Of a stretch of DNA of 64,000 nt, positions 41,185-52,601 are shown piece by piece. The first letter of the stretch is position 1, and the number at the start of each line of letters is the position of its first letter. Origin of the DNA: Nitrosopumilus sp. (GTDB taxonomy: Archaea > Thermoproteota > Nitrososphaeria > Nitrososphaerales > Nitrosopumilaceae); NCBI GenBank assembly GCA_965207445.1, contig CBDBLX010000002.1:1239849-1303848 (forward strand). Reading direction: 5' to 3'. The notes under the pieces are model-generated. The model searched no databases. It was not told where the DNA came from and saw only the letters and a list, made by a program, of their open reading frames with translations. The translations under genes and the position numbers were made by a program.

Positions 41185-43329
41185 GTGCGTGTAATGAGTA
41201 ATGCTTCTGCCACCACACGTGAGAATAAGATTTTACGCGATAAACTCGCGCACATGTGGAAGTTTGTAAACGTCATAATGGAAGCATGGGGGGAGCAGGC
41301 TGCCATGTTCATCGATGAGATCAAGAGACTTGAAGGCAAAGTCGAGAGTCTGAAAACATACTGTGATGAACTCAAAGAACAACTGCAAGATGCAAAAAGG
41401 CTTTTAGCAATGCATGAGAACTATAACAACCCAGACAGGGGGACGAAGACTGCCCATGATAGGCAGAAACACAGACAGGCGTTGAGAGCCGAGAGTGAAG
41501 AGAATGTGCAGTGTGCCATGGATGTGGAAAAGGAAAAAAGCAGTAGAAAATCTGGCCTGCGACATCGCGGCGGCCAGCCCGGTTCAAAGGGCATGTCGTG
41601 TAGCCTAAAACCAGACAGGAAACTAGATGATTTATGCGCGCCCGAAACATGCGTCCGGTGCGGCAGAACTGACATCATACATTTAGGATTCCTATGGAAG
41701 ATGGTACTTGAAATACGCGAGTATGGCGACCGGTTCTGCACAAACCCAGGACCATTTGAGAATCCCAAAGAGATGGTGGATAATTTGCACATGAACGGAG
41801 CATTGTTTGCCTATATGGAGGCATCAGTTCCTGCAATCTGCTTGCAGTGTGAGGTGATCATCTACCCAGAGACGCCGTCGATCCCAGGATCGTCGTGCGG
41901 ACCGATCTTGCGCGAAAAGATCATGAACCTGCACGGGCAAGTGCCACCCGTGCAGCGCATACACAATATACTTGCCGCAAACCATCATACTGAGATCGGC
42001 ACAGGCACCATCTCAAAGTGCCTAAAGGCAATATCACAACACGCTACGCACGACTGTTTGTGGGTAAAGGCACCCCGTGATATTATTGAGGATGTAAAGG
42101 CGGCCTATAGCACTGATACAAAAAAGTCAGAGACATCTACTAATGAAATGGTCGCATATACTGAACAAGATGATAATGGTGAGGAGACAATCATAATGAC
42201 TGCACACTCTGAGCCTCCTGTTGCCATGTTCTGGCAACAACCTGCTGCTGAACCACCAAAACTAAAATCCGAAGACTCTCCCCTACCTGAGACGACGCTT
42301 GTGCCGTATACTATACCTGACACACACATGCACAGCGTCCTCCCGCCACTATTCACCCAGATATACGAGATGATCACAATGGCCCCCAATATTATGTGGG
42401 ACAAGTCAAATGCAAAGGTAGCAGGACACCGTCGACAGACGCTCGTACTGCTCTGTCCCGGAATTGCCACCATGATAAAAATTACAGACAGTAAATCAAA
42501 AAATCTCATACAATACATGTTCCCGGATCTGCTTGGCAGACTTCTCCAGGCCGACATGTATCTTGCAGGCAATGCGTTTGATGGTGACATACAGACATGC
42601 CGTGTACACCTCTGGCGTCGAGGCGAGTCGTTGGCAGTATTGCACGGCATACACTCACCAGAACAGACGTACTCTGAAGAGCATCTCAATATATTCAGAC
42701 TCTCAAAACGCGCAGGTGAACATATAACCCAGCTGGCCGGCGGCCCGCTCACATCTATCTGCGAGGTTGACAGTGTGATTCGAGCCATACCTGGACTCTC
42801 ACAAACAATAAGTGATGAGGTCGACGTACTAAATACTCGCATGCTCAAATTGATAGACGCGTACCGGCACGGTGAGGTCTCTGATGAAGACACGCACAAA
42901 TACGCCACCTCACTTGAGAATGCACTACCATACATGTTTACATTTCTGTGGCATCCGGGTATGCAAGGTCACACAAATGACATTGAGCGACTCATCAAGA
43001 AATGCAACGTATTGCCGCGCAAGATGCAAGGGGGACTTCCAGACTGGACGGCTGCAAAAACGCAGGCCAACCTGCAGACCATACATGCAAACTCTGCTCT
43101 GTGGGGCGTATTCTCAGGACAATTGGTATCGGGATATCGCGGCAGTTGGAAGCCTCCACCATCAGATTCAATCACAATAATGTCCACGTCGTCGCCTCCA
43201 CCATCATCACAGAGACCACATCCGCGTGTCACCAAAAAACATATCACGAAATCCTCTGATCCATTAATACAAGCACATGACCTCATCTGCATACCAAAAT
43301 CACAAAATGTCAAGGTCGCTGCCGCATGA
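41185..43329 (+). CDS. Atypical long IS66-like transposase
   Basis: Coiled coil, GGQPGSKG, CxxC x2, QTCRVH, MFTFL.HPGM..TNDIER. Confidence 0.8.
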   Translation: MRVMSNASATTRENKILRDKLAHMWKFVNVIMEAWGEQAAMFIDEIKRLEGKVESLKTYCDELKEQLQDAKRLLAMHENYNNPDRGTKTAHDRQKHRQALRAESEENVQCAMDVEKEKSSRKSGLRHRGGQPGSKGMSCSLKPDRKLDDLCAPETCVRCGRTDIIHLGFLWKMVLEIREYGDRFCTNPGPFENPKEMVDNLHMNGALFAYMEASVPAICLQCEVIIYPETPSIPGSSCGPILREKIMNLHGQVPPVQRIHNILAANHHTEIGTGTISKCLKAISQHATHDCLWVKAPRDIIEDVKAAYSTDTKKSETSTNEMVAYTEQDDNGEETIIMTAHSEPPVAMFWQQPAAEPPKLKSEDSPLPETTLVPYTIPDTHMHSVLPPLFTQIYEMITMAPNIMWDKSNAKVAGHRRQTLVLLCPGIATMIKITDSKSKNLIQYMFPDLLGRLLQADMYLAGNAFDGDIQTCRVHLWRRGESLAVLHGIHSPEQTYSEEHLNIFRLSKRAGEHITQLAGGPLTSICEVDSVIRAIPGLSQTISDEVDVLNTRMLKLIDAYRHGEVSDEDTHKYATSLENALPYMFTFLWHPGMQGHTNDIERLIKKCNVLPRKMQGGLPDWTAAKTQANLQTIHANSALWGVFSGQLVSGYRGSWKPPPSDSITIMSTSSPPPSSQRPHPRVTKKHITKSSDPLIQAHDLICIPKSQNVKVAAA

Positions 43330-43698
43330 CTTTTTAATATAATCATATTATTGCAAAACTTGCCCCATATTATGCCATTTTTGTACCATCCACACACTCC
43401 TCACCTCTGACACTACTAACACAATACACAAACTGGCCGTGCCGCCACCATCCAATCCGATGTTTTTGCCTTGAACAACGTGACGCTGTATGTTACCTGC
43501 ATGTTACCTGCATGTTACCTGCATGGCCACCATATCGCATACCATAACGCCTGTCCGATATCTGTCTAAGGTGGCAGCGTAAGTGGGTGAGAGTTGAGGG
43601 GAGGGGGTGGGGGTGAACGCTTGTTTACATGGTTACCATGCCACCATCAACGATACTTTTATACCTCATATTACTACATTAAACAGGGACGAATACAC

Positions 43699-43794
43699 AT
43701 GGCCAAAAAAATAACCAAAGAAGAGAAAGAAAAAATCATAGAGGATCTTCTAAGCAAGCACTATAAGGTATACGATCGGCTGGCAGAACTGTAG
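43699..43794 (+). CDS. Small putative antitoxin (Doc-partner-like)
   Basis: MAKKITKEEKEKIIEDLLSKHYKVYDRLAEL; stop abuts next ATG; TATA upstream. Confidence 0.55.
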   Translation: MAKKITKEEKEKIIEDLLSKHYKVYDRLAEL

Positions 43795-43852
43795 ATGTAC
43801 TACCCAACAGTTCATGACGTCGAACTTGTTATTGAAAAAATAAACCGACATA
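43795..43852 (+). pseudogene. Truncated Fic/Doc-like toxin N-terminus
   Basis: MYYPTVHDVELVIEKIN cut by the IS481 end. Confidence 0.45.
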
Positions 43853-43869
43853 AGTTGTCTTGTAAGTAT

Positions 43870-45398
43870 CTATGTGGGATCCTTATAAGCGATTCTTCAC
43901 TTTTCGTACTAAAGTGCGCAGCATACGCTAGGGTGGTGTTTTTCCGGAGGGTGGTTCGGATATGTATCTATACGAGCATTAAATCTCAATACCATGCTTC
44001 ATCCATTCGTTAGGGGCACTATGCAGTTAGTTCCCCGAGCATTAAATCTCACACTTACAACGCACAAATCCCTAACCATAATTTTTCACATCTATTCATT
44101 TTTTTTTCTTGGGGTTACGATGTGTACTCTTTTTACCCATCTCTACACATGTCCAAAAATCTATATTCTTTGTTAGCATCCAAAATACAATTTTGAGCAT
44201 CTTGGCAGCAGCGGCAACCTGTGCTTTTGAGACGCCTCTTTTCTCCTTTAATCTTTCATAAAATACACTTATTGGAGTCTGTCGATTATTATTCTTTGCA
44301 AACTGCACATGAGACAACACACATTCTGTGAGCAACTGTCGAACCATGGAATTTCCCATTTTCGTTATGGCACCATGGTGAACTGTACTGGCAGAATTCC
44401 TCACAGATGGAGCTAGTCCAAAATAAGCAACAAGACTGCCCATATCACGAAATCTTGAGATATCACCAATTTCAGATGATAATGTAAGCGCAGTCACAGG
44501 ACCGATTCCAGGCATCGTAGTCAAAAGTGAAGCGTGTTCGTTTTTTGATACTGCATTGGATATTTTATCATCACAATCACGAACATCATCATTTAAAAAT
44601 GCAATTGTTTTGATATGTTTGTCTATCCTCCAGTCATTAAGCTTGCGTAAATTTTGTATATGTTCAGCAGAAAATGGAATCCCTTTGATCTTGATTCCAC
44701 TTTGTAACAATATTGCATGAACACTATTTTTGGACTTTACTCTAGACTTTACTACTGTACTTCTATACCTGACCAATTGTCTATTATGTACATCCTTTTC
44801 CTCTGGAACATAACATCCTGCAATATATCCACCCCTTAGCAGATCTGCCAATATACGAGCATCTACTTTATCTGTCTTCTTTTTTGATTCAGCTATTCGT
44901 TTTGTTGCAAGTGGGTTTGATAACATCACATCCAAATGCAATTTTTCTGTGAGAAATCTATACATGCCATACCATACAGAAGAAGATTCCAACACGTATT
45001 TTGCATTGGGCGGAAACTCAGAAAATTCTTTTACAATATCAATATGATTGCACTCAATTCGTTTATTTTGTCGAACATTACCTTTAGGATCCATAATTGC
45101 CACTTGCATGAATTTTTTGTGAAGATCAATTCCAACAAAATATTTTTGAGCATTATCATATTTTACCGATGTTTTTGTGGTTGTTTTTTTCACCTTGCTT
45201 ACGCTATGACTATCCATATGGTCATTTTTTCTACCCCTAATCTGTTTGTTTGCATTTTGCTTGTGCGAATCACGATCTATACCATCTGAATTTCTACTCT
45301 GCTGTGTTTTTCGTGCCACATATGGTTAGTTCCGCCTTGAGTGTACGCCTAGATATAATCATATTTTATATGAAAGGTGTGATAAGTTTAGCTTTTAT
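43870..45398 (-). mobile_element. IS110/IS1111-type element with long 3' non-coding end
   Basis: Boundaries inferred from the split IS481 TIR; TAT shared at both junctions. Confidence 0.7.
44096..45319 (-). CDS. IS110-family transposase/recombinase
   Basis: VGIDLHK, LES, KTDKVDA, PGIG, GLAPSVRNS. Confidence 0.93.
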   Translation of the reverse strand: MARKTQQSRNSDGIDRDSHKQNANKQIRGRKNDHMDSHSVSKVKKTTTKTSVKYDNAQKYFVGIDLHKKFMQVAIMDPKGNVRQNKRIECNHIDIVKEFSEFPPNAKYVLESSSVWYGMYRFLTEKLHLDVMLSNPLATKRIAESKKKTDKVDARILADLLRGGYIAGCYVPEEKDVHNRQLVRYRSTVVKSRVKSKNSVHAILLQSGIKIKGIPFSAEHIQNLRKLNDWRIDKHIKTIAFLNDDVRDCDDKISNAVSKNEHASLLTTMPGIGPVTALTLSSEIGDISRFRDMGSLVAYFGLAPSVRNSASTVHHGAITKMGNSMVRQLLTECVLSHVQFAKNNNRQTPISVFYERLKEKRGVSKAQVAAAAKMLKIVFWMLTKNIDFWTCVEMGKKSTHRNPKKKK

Positions 45399-45469
45399 GC
45401 CCACTTGGAGAGAAAAGAAAATTGGCTACTAGTGGTGTAGATCCTCATATATCCGTGTGCGGAGTGGAA

Positions 45470-46553
45470 ATGAAGGTGTGTGGGTCAAATCATGATCCTC
45501 GTACAAAGATCAAAACTAGGCTCAAAAATGGTAAAAAACTTCGTGTAATACATAAACTTGATGAGGAACAGGTACGGTGGATAGTTCAGCAAAAGCACAA
45601 TGATGAGATGAGTGACACCCAGATTGCAAAATTAGTGGGTGTATCTGCACGATGGGTTAGAAAATTGTTCGTACGATATGGTCATTTACAGCCAAAAGAT
45701 ATCACATATCCTCCAAAGATGGGACGTCCTTCTAATGGATTACCAGGCCGTCGAGAACATTCTGCAGTGATATCTTGTTGCAAGCAGAACAGACGTATGG
45801 CAGTCAGACTCGATACTAATAGAAGAAGAAATCGGAATCCATATTTCTCACAATATCATATATAGGATATTGAAAGATGAGGAGTTAGTAGAAAACCAAC
45901 CAAAAAAAGCAAAGCAGCGAAAGTGGGTTAGATATGAGAGAAGATTCTCAAATTCTTTATGGCATACGGATTTTAAGCAGATTTACGATGGTAGATGGTT
46001 TGTGTCCTATCAGGACGATGCATCTAGGATGATCATGGGCTTTGGAGTGTATAATGAACCTACAAGTGATCATGCAATAAAGGTGCTTGAGGGCGCCATC
46101 AAGAAATATGGCAAACCTGCCCAAATACTAACGGATCATGGATCTCAGTTCTATGCAAATGAGAAAAAGAACTCTGAGCGCGGTGTAGCAGTATTTGAGA
46201 ACAAGTTAGTCGAGCTTGGTATCAAACAAGTCATGGCACGTATAAAACACCCTCAAACCAATGGTAAATTAGAACGATTCCACTCTGAGATTGAACAACA
46301 TCTAAAATCATTTGAAGAAGAGTCTGCATGTAATACAGTTCGCGGTTCCAAACCCGGCGACCATGTGGGGAATCCATTCCATACTATGGGTATAACAGAC
46401 CCAATAACAAGACTCATCAACTGGTACAATAATCTCCCACATATGTCACTAAAAGACGGTAAAGAGACGCCTATAGAAGCCTATAAACGCAAACAAGCAC
46501 CAAAAGACATAACAGCAAAAGAAATGGAGAGTCATACATATGTCAAATCATAA
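45470..46553 (+). pseudogene. IS481-family transposase (frameshift ~45810)
   Basis: HTH in ORF1; WVRYER, LWHTDF, DDASR, TDHGSQF, HPQTNGKLERF in ORF2. Confidence 0.85.
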
Positions 46554-46576
46554 GTGGAATTACTTACAGGATAACA

Positions 46577-46977
46577 CACCACGGTGTTTGCCACCGGGGG
46601 GCTGGACGATCCGCGAGGTGTTGCGATCGGGCCAAAGTATACGGCGCCCGCCGCCACCGCCGGCGTACCACAACGACGCGCCGTCCATCACACTGCAGAA
46701 CTCCACACACGGCATCCCATTCCGCACAGAGCTCGCCCGGAATACCACTACGGACTACACCGTAACGGCCGCGGATCCAGAGGACGATCCGGTAACGTTT
46801 GCTCTAGTACCGCACGCAATAAAACGAGGTGCAATCACCTTATCAGATCACCACAATGCCACGGCAATCCTGTCGATCAACACGTCCCAAATGGACACGG
46901 GAACGTACACCTTTGAAATCACTGCATCAGACGGACATGACATTGAGCGCACGCTCTACGCGGTTGTGGTACGTTGA
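46577..46977 (+). pseudogene. C-terminal fragment of a surface protein (NHL-like repeat + cadherin/Ig-like domain)
   Basis: GLDDPRGVAIG; PSIT..YTVTAADPEDDPVTF..GTYTFEITASDG. Confidence 0.6.
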
Positions 46978-48413
46978 GCCGCAAGCGACTAACAGTCATA
47001 ATTGTAGCTTCGTTGACAGCCGCCTGCATTTTTGCTCTGGTTGCGGCGCCCACCCACACAGATAACATGGATGCCCCGATCCCGCCCCCTGCAGACTCGC
47101 CAAACGACATCTCGGACACCAATGAGGGGCACGCGGATGCCCCGATCCCGCCCCCTGCAGACTCGCCAAACGACATCTCGGACACCGGTGATGGGCACGC
47201 GGATGCCCCGATCCCGCCCCCTGCAGACTCGCCAAACGACATCTCGGACACCAGTGCAGAGTACACGGGTCCACAGATCCCATCGGAGGCGGCCTCGTCA
47301 AGCAACGCCTTTGCCATTGACATGTACAGGAAGCTAGCCTCAGATCCCAAACACAAGGACGAGAACGTATTCTTCTCGCCATTCAGCCTCTATATTGCCG
47401 CCTCACTCGTGTACGAGGGGGCGCGGGACGAGACCGCGTCACAGATCGAGCAGGTCTTTGACCTCGAGCCCGACGACCGCATGCGGCACGAGATCATATC
47501 CAATACGTCGTCTTCAATAAACCGCCACGATCCGCACGCGACGCTTGTCACTGCAAACGCGCTATGGCTCGACAGGGGATTCGACCCGTACCAAGACTAT
47601 GTGGACATAGTACGCGACGTATATCGTGCCGACATCGACCGCCTCGACTTTCTCAACGACGCGGAGAACGGAGCCAAGCGTATAAACGCTTGGGCAGGTG
47701 ACAAGACCCAAGACAGGATCCCCGAGGTGGTGACCCCGAAAGATGTCTATCGGGCAGCATCCGTGTCCACCAACATGATATACTTCAAGGGCGCGTGGGC
47801 AGCGCAGTTTGATCCCGCCGACACCCACAGGGGCGCGTTCTGGAGGACCGATGCCTCCAAGGCCGAGGCGGACTTTATGCGCAACACGGCATTTTTCAAC
47901 TATGCAGAATCAGACCTGGCACAGATTCTGCAGATGCCCTATGAGGGCGGCAGGCTCTCGATGCTGGTGTTTCTGCCGTCGGAGCGCGACGGCATACGCG
48001 ACCTTGAGGATGTGATCTCTGCGCAGCGCATAAAGACGTGGAAGGAAGGCATGTCGACCATGGAGGTTACGGTCCTGATGCCAAAGTTTGAAATGGAAAC
48101 ACACTATGAACTCAACGATCACCTGACGAGCCTCGGGATGCCGCATGCATTTGATCCGATATTGGCGAACTTTTCAGGAAAAGTCGATCTCACAAAAATA
48201 CCGGAGAACCTATACGTGAGCAGCGCCAGCCAGAGCGCGTTTGTCAAGGTGAACGAAGAGGGCACGGAGGCAGCGGCCGTTTCTGTCTTTATAGACAAGG
48301 TTACTTCAGAACCGCCCAAATTCATTGCCGATCGCCCGTTCATCTTTGCAATACAGGATGATGCAAGCGGCACAATACTGTTCATGGGACGCGTGTCGGA
48401 TCCCGCGAAGTGA
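46974..48413 (+). CDS. Secreted serpin with Pro/Asp-rich tandem-repeat linker
   Basis: NVFFSPFS, YFKGAW, PKF, EEGTEAAA, FIADRPF, ILFMGRV.DP; signal/TM; 3 x 21-aa repeats. Confidence 0.95.
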   Translation: MSRKRLTVIIVASLTAACIFALVAAPTHTDNMDAPIPPPADSPNDISDTNEGHADAPIPPPADSPNDISDTGDGHADAPIPPPADSPNDISDTSAEYTGPQIPSEAASSSNAFAIDMYRKLASDPKHKDENVFFSPFSLYIAASLVYEGARDETASQIEQVFDLEPDDRMRHEIISNTSSSINRHDPHATLVTANALWLDRGFDPYQDYVDIVRDVYRADIDRLDFLNDAENGAKRINAWAGDKTQDRIPEVVTPKDVYRAASVSTNMIYFKGAWAAQFDPADTHRGAFWRTDASKAEADFMRNTAFFNYAESDLAQILQMPYEGGRLSMLVFLPSERDGIRDLEDVISAQRIKTWKEGMSTMEVTVLMPKFEMETHYELNDHLTSLGMPHAFDPILANFSGKVDLTKIPENLYVSSASQSAFVKVNEEGTEAAAVSVFIDKVTSEPPKFIADRPFIFAIQDDASGTILFMGRVSDPAK

Positions 48414-48747
48414 AACGTCCGCGGCGTCCCGAGCAGGGCGCCCCATGTGGACGGGGCCAACACGGTCCGGAGCCCCAAACACGAGCAGTGCCCCTTCGAC
48501 CCGCGCCGCGGTCCGCGGCTTGTGTTAGGCAAACCTGCGCATCCGCCCGACAGTTGCGCCATCCTGTCCGGGTTTCCTACAAACCTTCCCGCGATCCTCA
48601 CTGTCTCCACGCCTGGCTCAAATCCGTAGTCGGAGAGACGCCCTTGTTGAGCATGCGTTGATTCCATCATTCGCGTTGGTCGCTGGAGTCTCACTTCGCG
48701 CATATTACCAGTAATGTCAATGTTTTTTCACAGGAATGTGGAGATTT

Positions 48748-48859
48748 GTGTGAACCAACCTTCTTGACTAATATATTCATTTAAAATTTGAGTATGAATA
48801 GATAAAATAATTTAGATTTTAAAGTTTTACTATGATATTTTTTCTCATATTTAAATTAA
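48748..48859 (+). mobile_element. Solo left end of the IS66 at 24967
   Basis: Matches 24967-25078. Confidence 0.85.
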
Positions 48860-48860
48860 C

Positions 48861-48941
48861 GTAACCGTTTAACCCCTGTATCTGCATCAAAAGTTAGACG
48901 ATGAATTTGTGCCTAAATTTGGGAAGGGGTTGAACGGTTAC
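48861..48941. mobile_element. 81-bp MITE copy (inverted); a degenerate copy lies at ~49220-49296
   Basis: GTAACCGTTTAACC...GGTTGAACGGTTAC. Confidence 0.85.
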
Positions 48942-48961
48942 GTACACATAGCACTTGTTAC

Positions 48962-49097
48962 AATACACATCTGAAACGTTTCTATCCATATTAAAAACAA
49001 ATGCGACATTTTTAAAATACAATATTTTTACATATGATCTTTTCAGGCATAAAATCGTGTAAAATTGGCGTACATGGACTTGTGTTCGTTGCTATAG
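48962..49097 (-). repeat. ~135-bp IS-end-like repeat, copy 3
   Basis: Direct match to 3862-3997. Confidence 0.85.
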
Positions 49098-50150
49098 TAT
49101 GGCACAGTGTGATATTTTGACGTTTATCTATCTCTGTTATGTTATTGTTGCTGTAATTGAAATTTCAACTCGAATTTTCATTTAGTGTGATGTATGCCTT
49201 GTCCTATCATATCAGCAATCATTCAACTCCTGTGCCTGCACTAAAAGTTAGGCGATGAATCTGTGTCTAAACTTGAAAATGAGATGAAAGGTTACATCAT
49301 GTCCTACCATATCCAATACATACTACCCTATACTGCCTGTTTTCTTGATTGTCGGTATTGGAGTTTTTTTTGTATGATAATTTTTTGTTTATTTTAAAAA
49401 TTTTATATTTAAATTATTTTTATCAATTAATATGAAAAATTTTATATATTACAATATAAATTATTTAATATTAATTTTTTATATACAATAATTTTAATTA
49501 AAATAATATAAAAATTATCATATTAATTTATTTTTACCAATATTATTAATTAAAAATATAATATTTTAAATAAATAGAATTATTTTATAATTTTTGTTAT
49601 GATATAAGTAAAATTAAATTATAATAATATGTAATAATTTACATTAATTTTTTTGAATAGTTTGAATATTTATGTTAAACAATCTTTTTATATTAAACAC
49701 AATGTGACACGTACTTGTTCATCTCTGAAATATTTTTGACATACTATATATGTAAAATAATAATAAACAAATTACTATATATTTTTAAAAGTAAATAATT
49801 TATTTATACATTAAACGTCTACGTTAATGTATATCTTTACTAAACACTTGAGTGTATGTATGGGATTTTTGGATCAGGACAAGCATCAAATGACCCCTAG
49901 TGATTTAACAAGGAGATAATTAAAAAACATGTATTGTGTGTATTGTACTTTTAAATAATTATGATGAGATTGTGTAATGTCGCACAAAAGACGGGGTTTT
50001 GAGATATACAATATATGCTAGTATATTACTCACCATACACTTGGCATCTACCCGTACACATCTCTTACAAATACAACTACAATAAGCATTGATCATTACG
50101 GCATGACTGCATTTGATCCCTGACTACTTGTTTCTTATGACTCACATATG

Positions 50151-51822
50151 GTGGTTGGTGCGTAATTCATCAAATCGCCACTTGCATCGTACTTGCAAAA
50201 TCATCTGCAAATATCGCCAGAGTTTTATGTACATATATTTAATAAGCTCATATATAAAAGTATATGCGCGCATACCAAAAGTTACTTATAGGGGCATCCC
50301 AAATGAATAATTGTAATGTCACCAAAGGGGATGCTAAACAACGTTGACTAGCCAATGTTATCAACGTATCGTTTGTGAAGTGTGGTGGAACGACGACATA
50401 TGGTGGGTTGCCACAACATGCTATACTACACAGAATGTCGCCCATTACAATGCATGGTTTGTGATGAATGTGGCGCCTGCTTGTTGTTTGTGTAAATTTA
50501 GTGTGTGGGTTTCAAATAAGAACAAATCAAGGAGGCAGACCGTACAGTGACAGAGCAACACAAGCGACGCGAAGGTTACTGGCAGTATTACGAACAGGCA
50601 CGCAAATCTGAGCCGGATTTTATGCGCAAGACCTTGCTGTCGGCGATACGAAAAAACCCACATCCGTGCAAGGAAAAGAAGACAAATAGAGGATGCAAGC
50701 CCGTACACTCGCGTGACAAGATGGATTTTTTGTGTCTTTTAAAAGTTGCAAAAAATATTCCTTTTCGTGATGTGGTAAATGAGCTTGGACATATGCATGA
50801 TGAATGGGTTGACGAGACGAAGCCTGATTATAGTTGGGTAACCAAACATATGCAAACAATTGATCTCGACTGGCTTGATTCTATTTTAGCATATACTGCC
50901 AATATGTGTCTAGATGAACTTGAAAAATCTGGGACAGATCCGGTACCGATAAAAGGTAAAGAGACCATACTTACGCACGGATCCGAGGATTTTGAGAGCG
51001 GTAAACAAGACGTAAAAAAAGGACCTACCGCTCCGATTGGGATAGACAGTAGTGGGGTAGAGACTGATAGGTACGAAAAACAAGAAAGACCTAATCATGT
51101 ACTACAAGACTTTGAGCCGACACGCGTCAAGACGTACCTAAAATATCACATTACTTCGATAACCGGACACCAGATCATACTTGCATCATACACAACTCCA
51201 AGCAATGTGAGTGACACGTCAATGCTTCCATATATGGTCAGCTTTCTCACAAAAAACTATACACGTATTGAAGAACGCTTATTCAACGGAGACAAGGGAT
51301 ACGACTCGGATCAAAACTGCGAGATAATATTCAATGCAAACATGAAACCGAACATAAAGCAGCGCAATCATACAGATGGTGCAGGTCATACAAACCGTGG
51401 CAAACCAAGCAGAAAAAAGGCAGCGGAGATCTTTGACCAAGATGCATACAAACAACGCGCACTTATCGAGGCAATATTTGGAGCAGAAGAAACAAAGAAT
51501 CACAGGCTACACTGTCGTATGCGTCTGGCCGAAAACAGAAAACGGTTTGGCAAAATACTATCGATTGCATGGAACATCAACGTCCTGAACAGATTTATCT
51601 GCGCTCATGAAAAAGGGCAAAAGATTCCATCATACGAATGATAGTGACTGCTATCACACTTGCACGTTTTATGTTCTATAATCTGTCTGCTAAAACACAC
51701 ATGCATATTCAAAAACGAAACGCACTATAGATAGGTTTCAGTCTTTTGTAGATTGAATGTGCAATAAACCAAGCTCACAGAAGGGTCACAGGCAGGCCTA
51801 ATGTCAATTACGCACCAACCTC
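50151..51822 (+). mobile_element. IS5-like element
   Basis: TIR G(T/A)GGTTGGTGCGTAATT; 9-bp TSD TCACATATG. Confidence 0.88.
50547..51641 (+). CDS. IS5/IS4-like DDE transposase
   Basis: IDSSG, DKGYDS, YKQRALIEAIFG. Confidence 0.9.
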   Translation: MTEQHKRREGYWQYYEQARKSEPDFMRKTLLSAIRKNPHPCKEKKTNRGCKPVHSRDKMDFLCLLKVAKNIPFRDVVNELGHMHDEWVDETKPDYSWVTKHMQTIDLDWLDSILAYTANMCLDELEKSGTDPVPIKGKETILTHGSEDFESGKQDVKKGPTAPIGIDSSGVETDRYEKQERPNHVLQDFEPTRVKTYLKYHITSITGHQIILASYTTPSNVSDTSMLPYMVSFLTKNYTRIEERLFNGDKGYDSDQNCEIIFNANMKPNIKQRNHTDGAGHTNRGKPSRKKAAEIFDQDAYKQRALIEAIFGAEETKNHRLHCRMRLAENRKRFGKILSIAWNINVLNRFICAHEKGQKIPSYE

Positions 51823-51870
51823 TCACATATGATAACATTTAAAACTATACTAAAACATCTAATATCATTG

Positions 51871-52110
51871 ATGTACAAAAATCAAAACTCCATACGAAGC
51901 AAGTGGTGGTTTATGCTTCCAATTATGATGCAGTTTGTAGGTGGTATAATAGCATACTATGCACTACGCCAAGATGATCCACAAAAAGCCAAGGATTGTC
52001 TTTTACTTGGTATTGTATTAACTGCAATAGGCGCTGCAATGTTTTTGGTGCCTATAGTGTTAGCTATATTCACTTTTCCAATTGATGTAATTGAAGCAGT
52101 CAATAACTAA
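51871..52110 (+). CDS. Small membrane protein
   Basis: RSKWW.LPI...GGIIAY..DDPQKAK..LLLGI. Confidence 0.8.
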   Translation: MYKNQNSIRSKWWFMLPIMMQFVGGIIAYYALRQDDPQKAKDCLLLGIVLTAIGAAMFLVPIVLAIFTFPIDVIEAVNN

Positions 52111-52136
52111 TATTTCTAAATTCGAATTTAGAAATA
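52111..52136. repeat. Perfect palindrome TTTCTAAATTCGAATTTAGAAA (also 53532-53553, 54989-55010)
   Basis: Three identical cores. Confidence 0.95.
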
Positions 52137-52601
52137 AACCATACCCAAGTAACTGCATGTGTGTGGAATATCTCATACTATCTATAGCGACACTTGTGAG
52201 TTCTAGCACAGTACAATATCCTAGATCAGTTGTTGTGAATTGACTTGTGGATCATTTGCAATACATATTGGATGTGGCCAAAGATATGATGTGCAATGTC
52301 CCCTGGAGGGGATTACAGTTCTCATCGGACAACTGTTTAGATGTACTGTCACATCTCATTAATGGATACATCATGGCGCACCTATGCCATATTTTCTCAC
52401 ATTTCATTTTTTAAAAATACAACAAATCCGAATCATTGGGTATTTTTGTGTAAAGACATCTCAAAAATTATATTGTAATTTTTTAGTTGTGCCAGAATTT
52501 ATGCGCATCACTACTTGTCAGATATTTTTTGCAGCGACAAGTATACATCATTTACAAGTATTGATCTATAACATATATTGAAACATTTAACACATCAATC
52601 A

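Larger units (their letters stand above)
43853..46576 (+). mobile_element. IS481-family element whose left TIR is split by an IS110
   Basis: Rejoined left end AGTTGTCTTGTAAGTATGCCCACTT vs right end rc TGTTATCCTGTAAGTAATTCCACTT. Confidence 0.7.
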
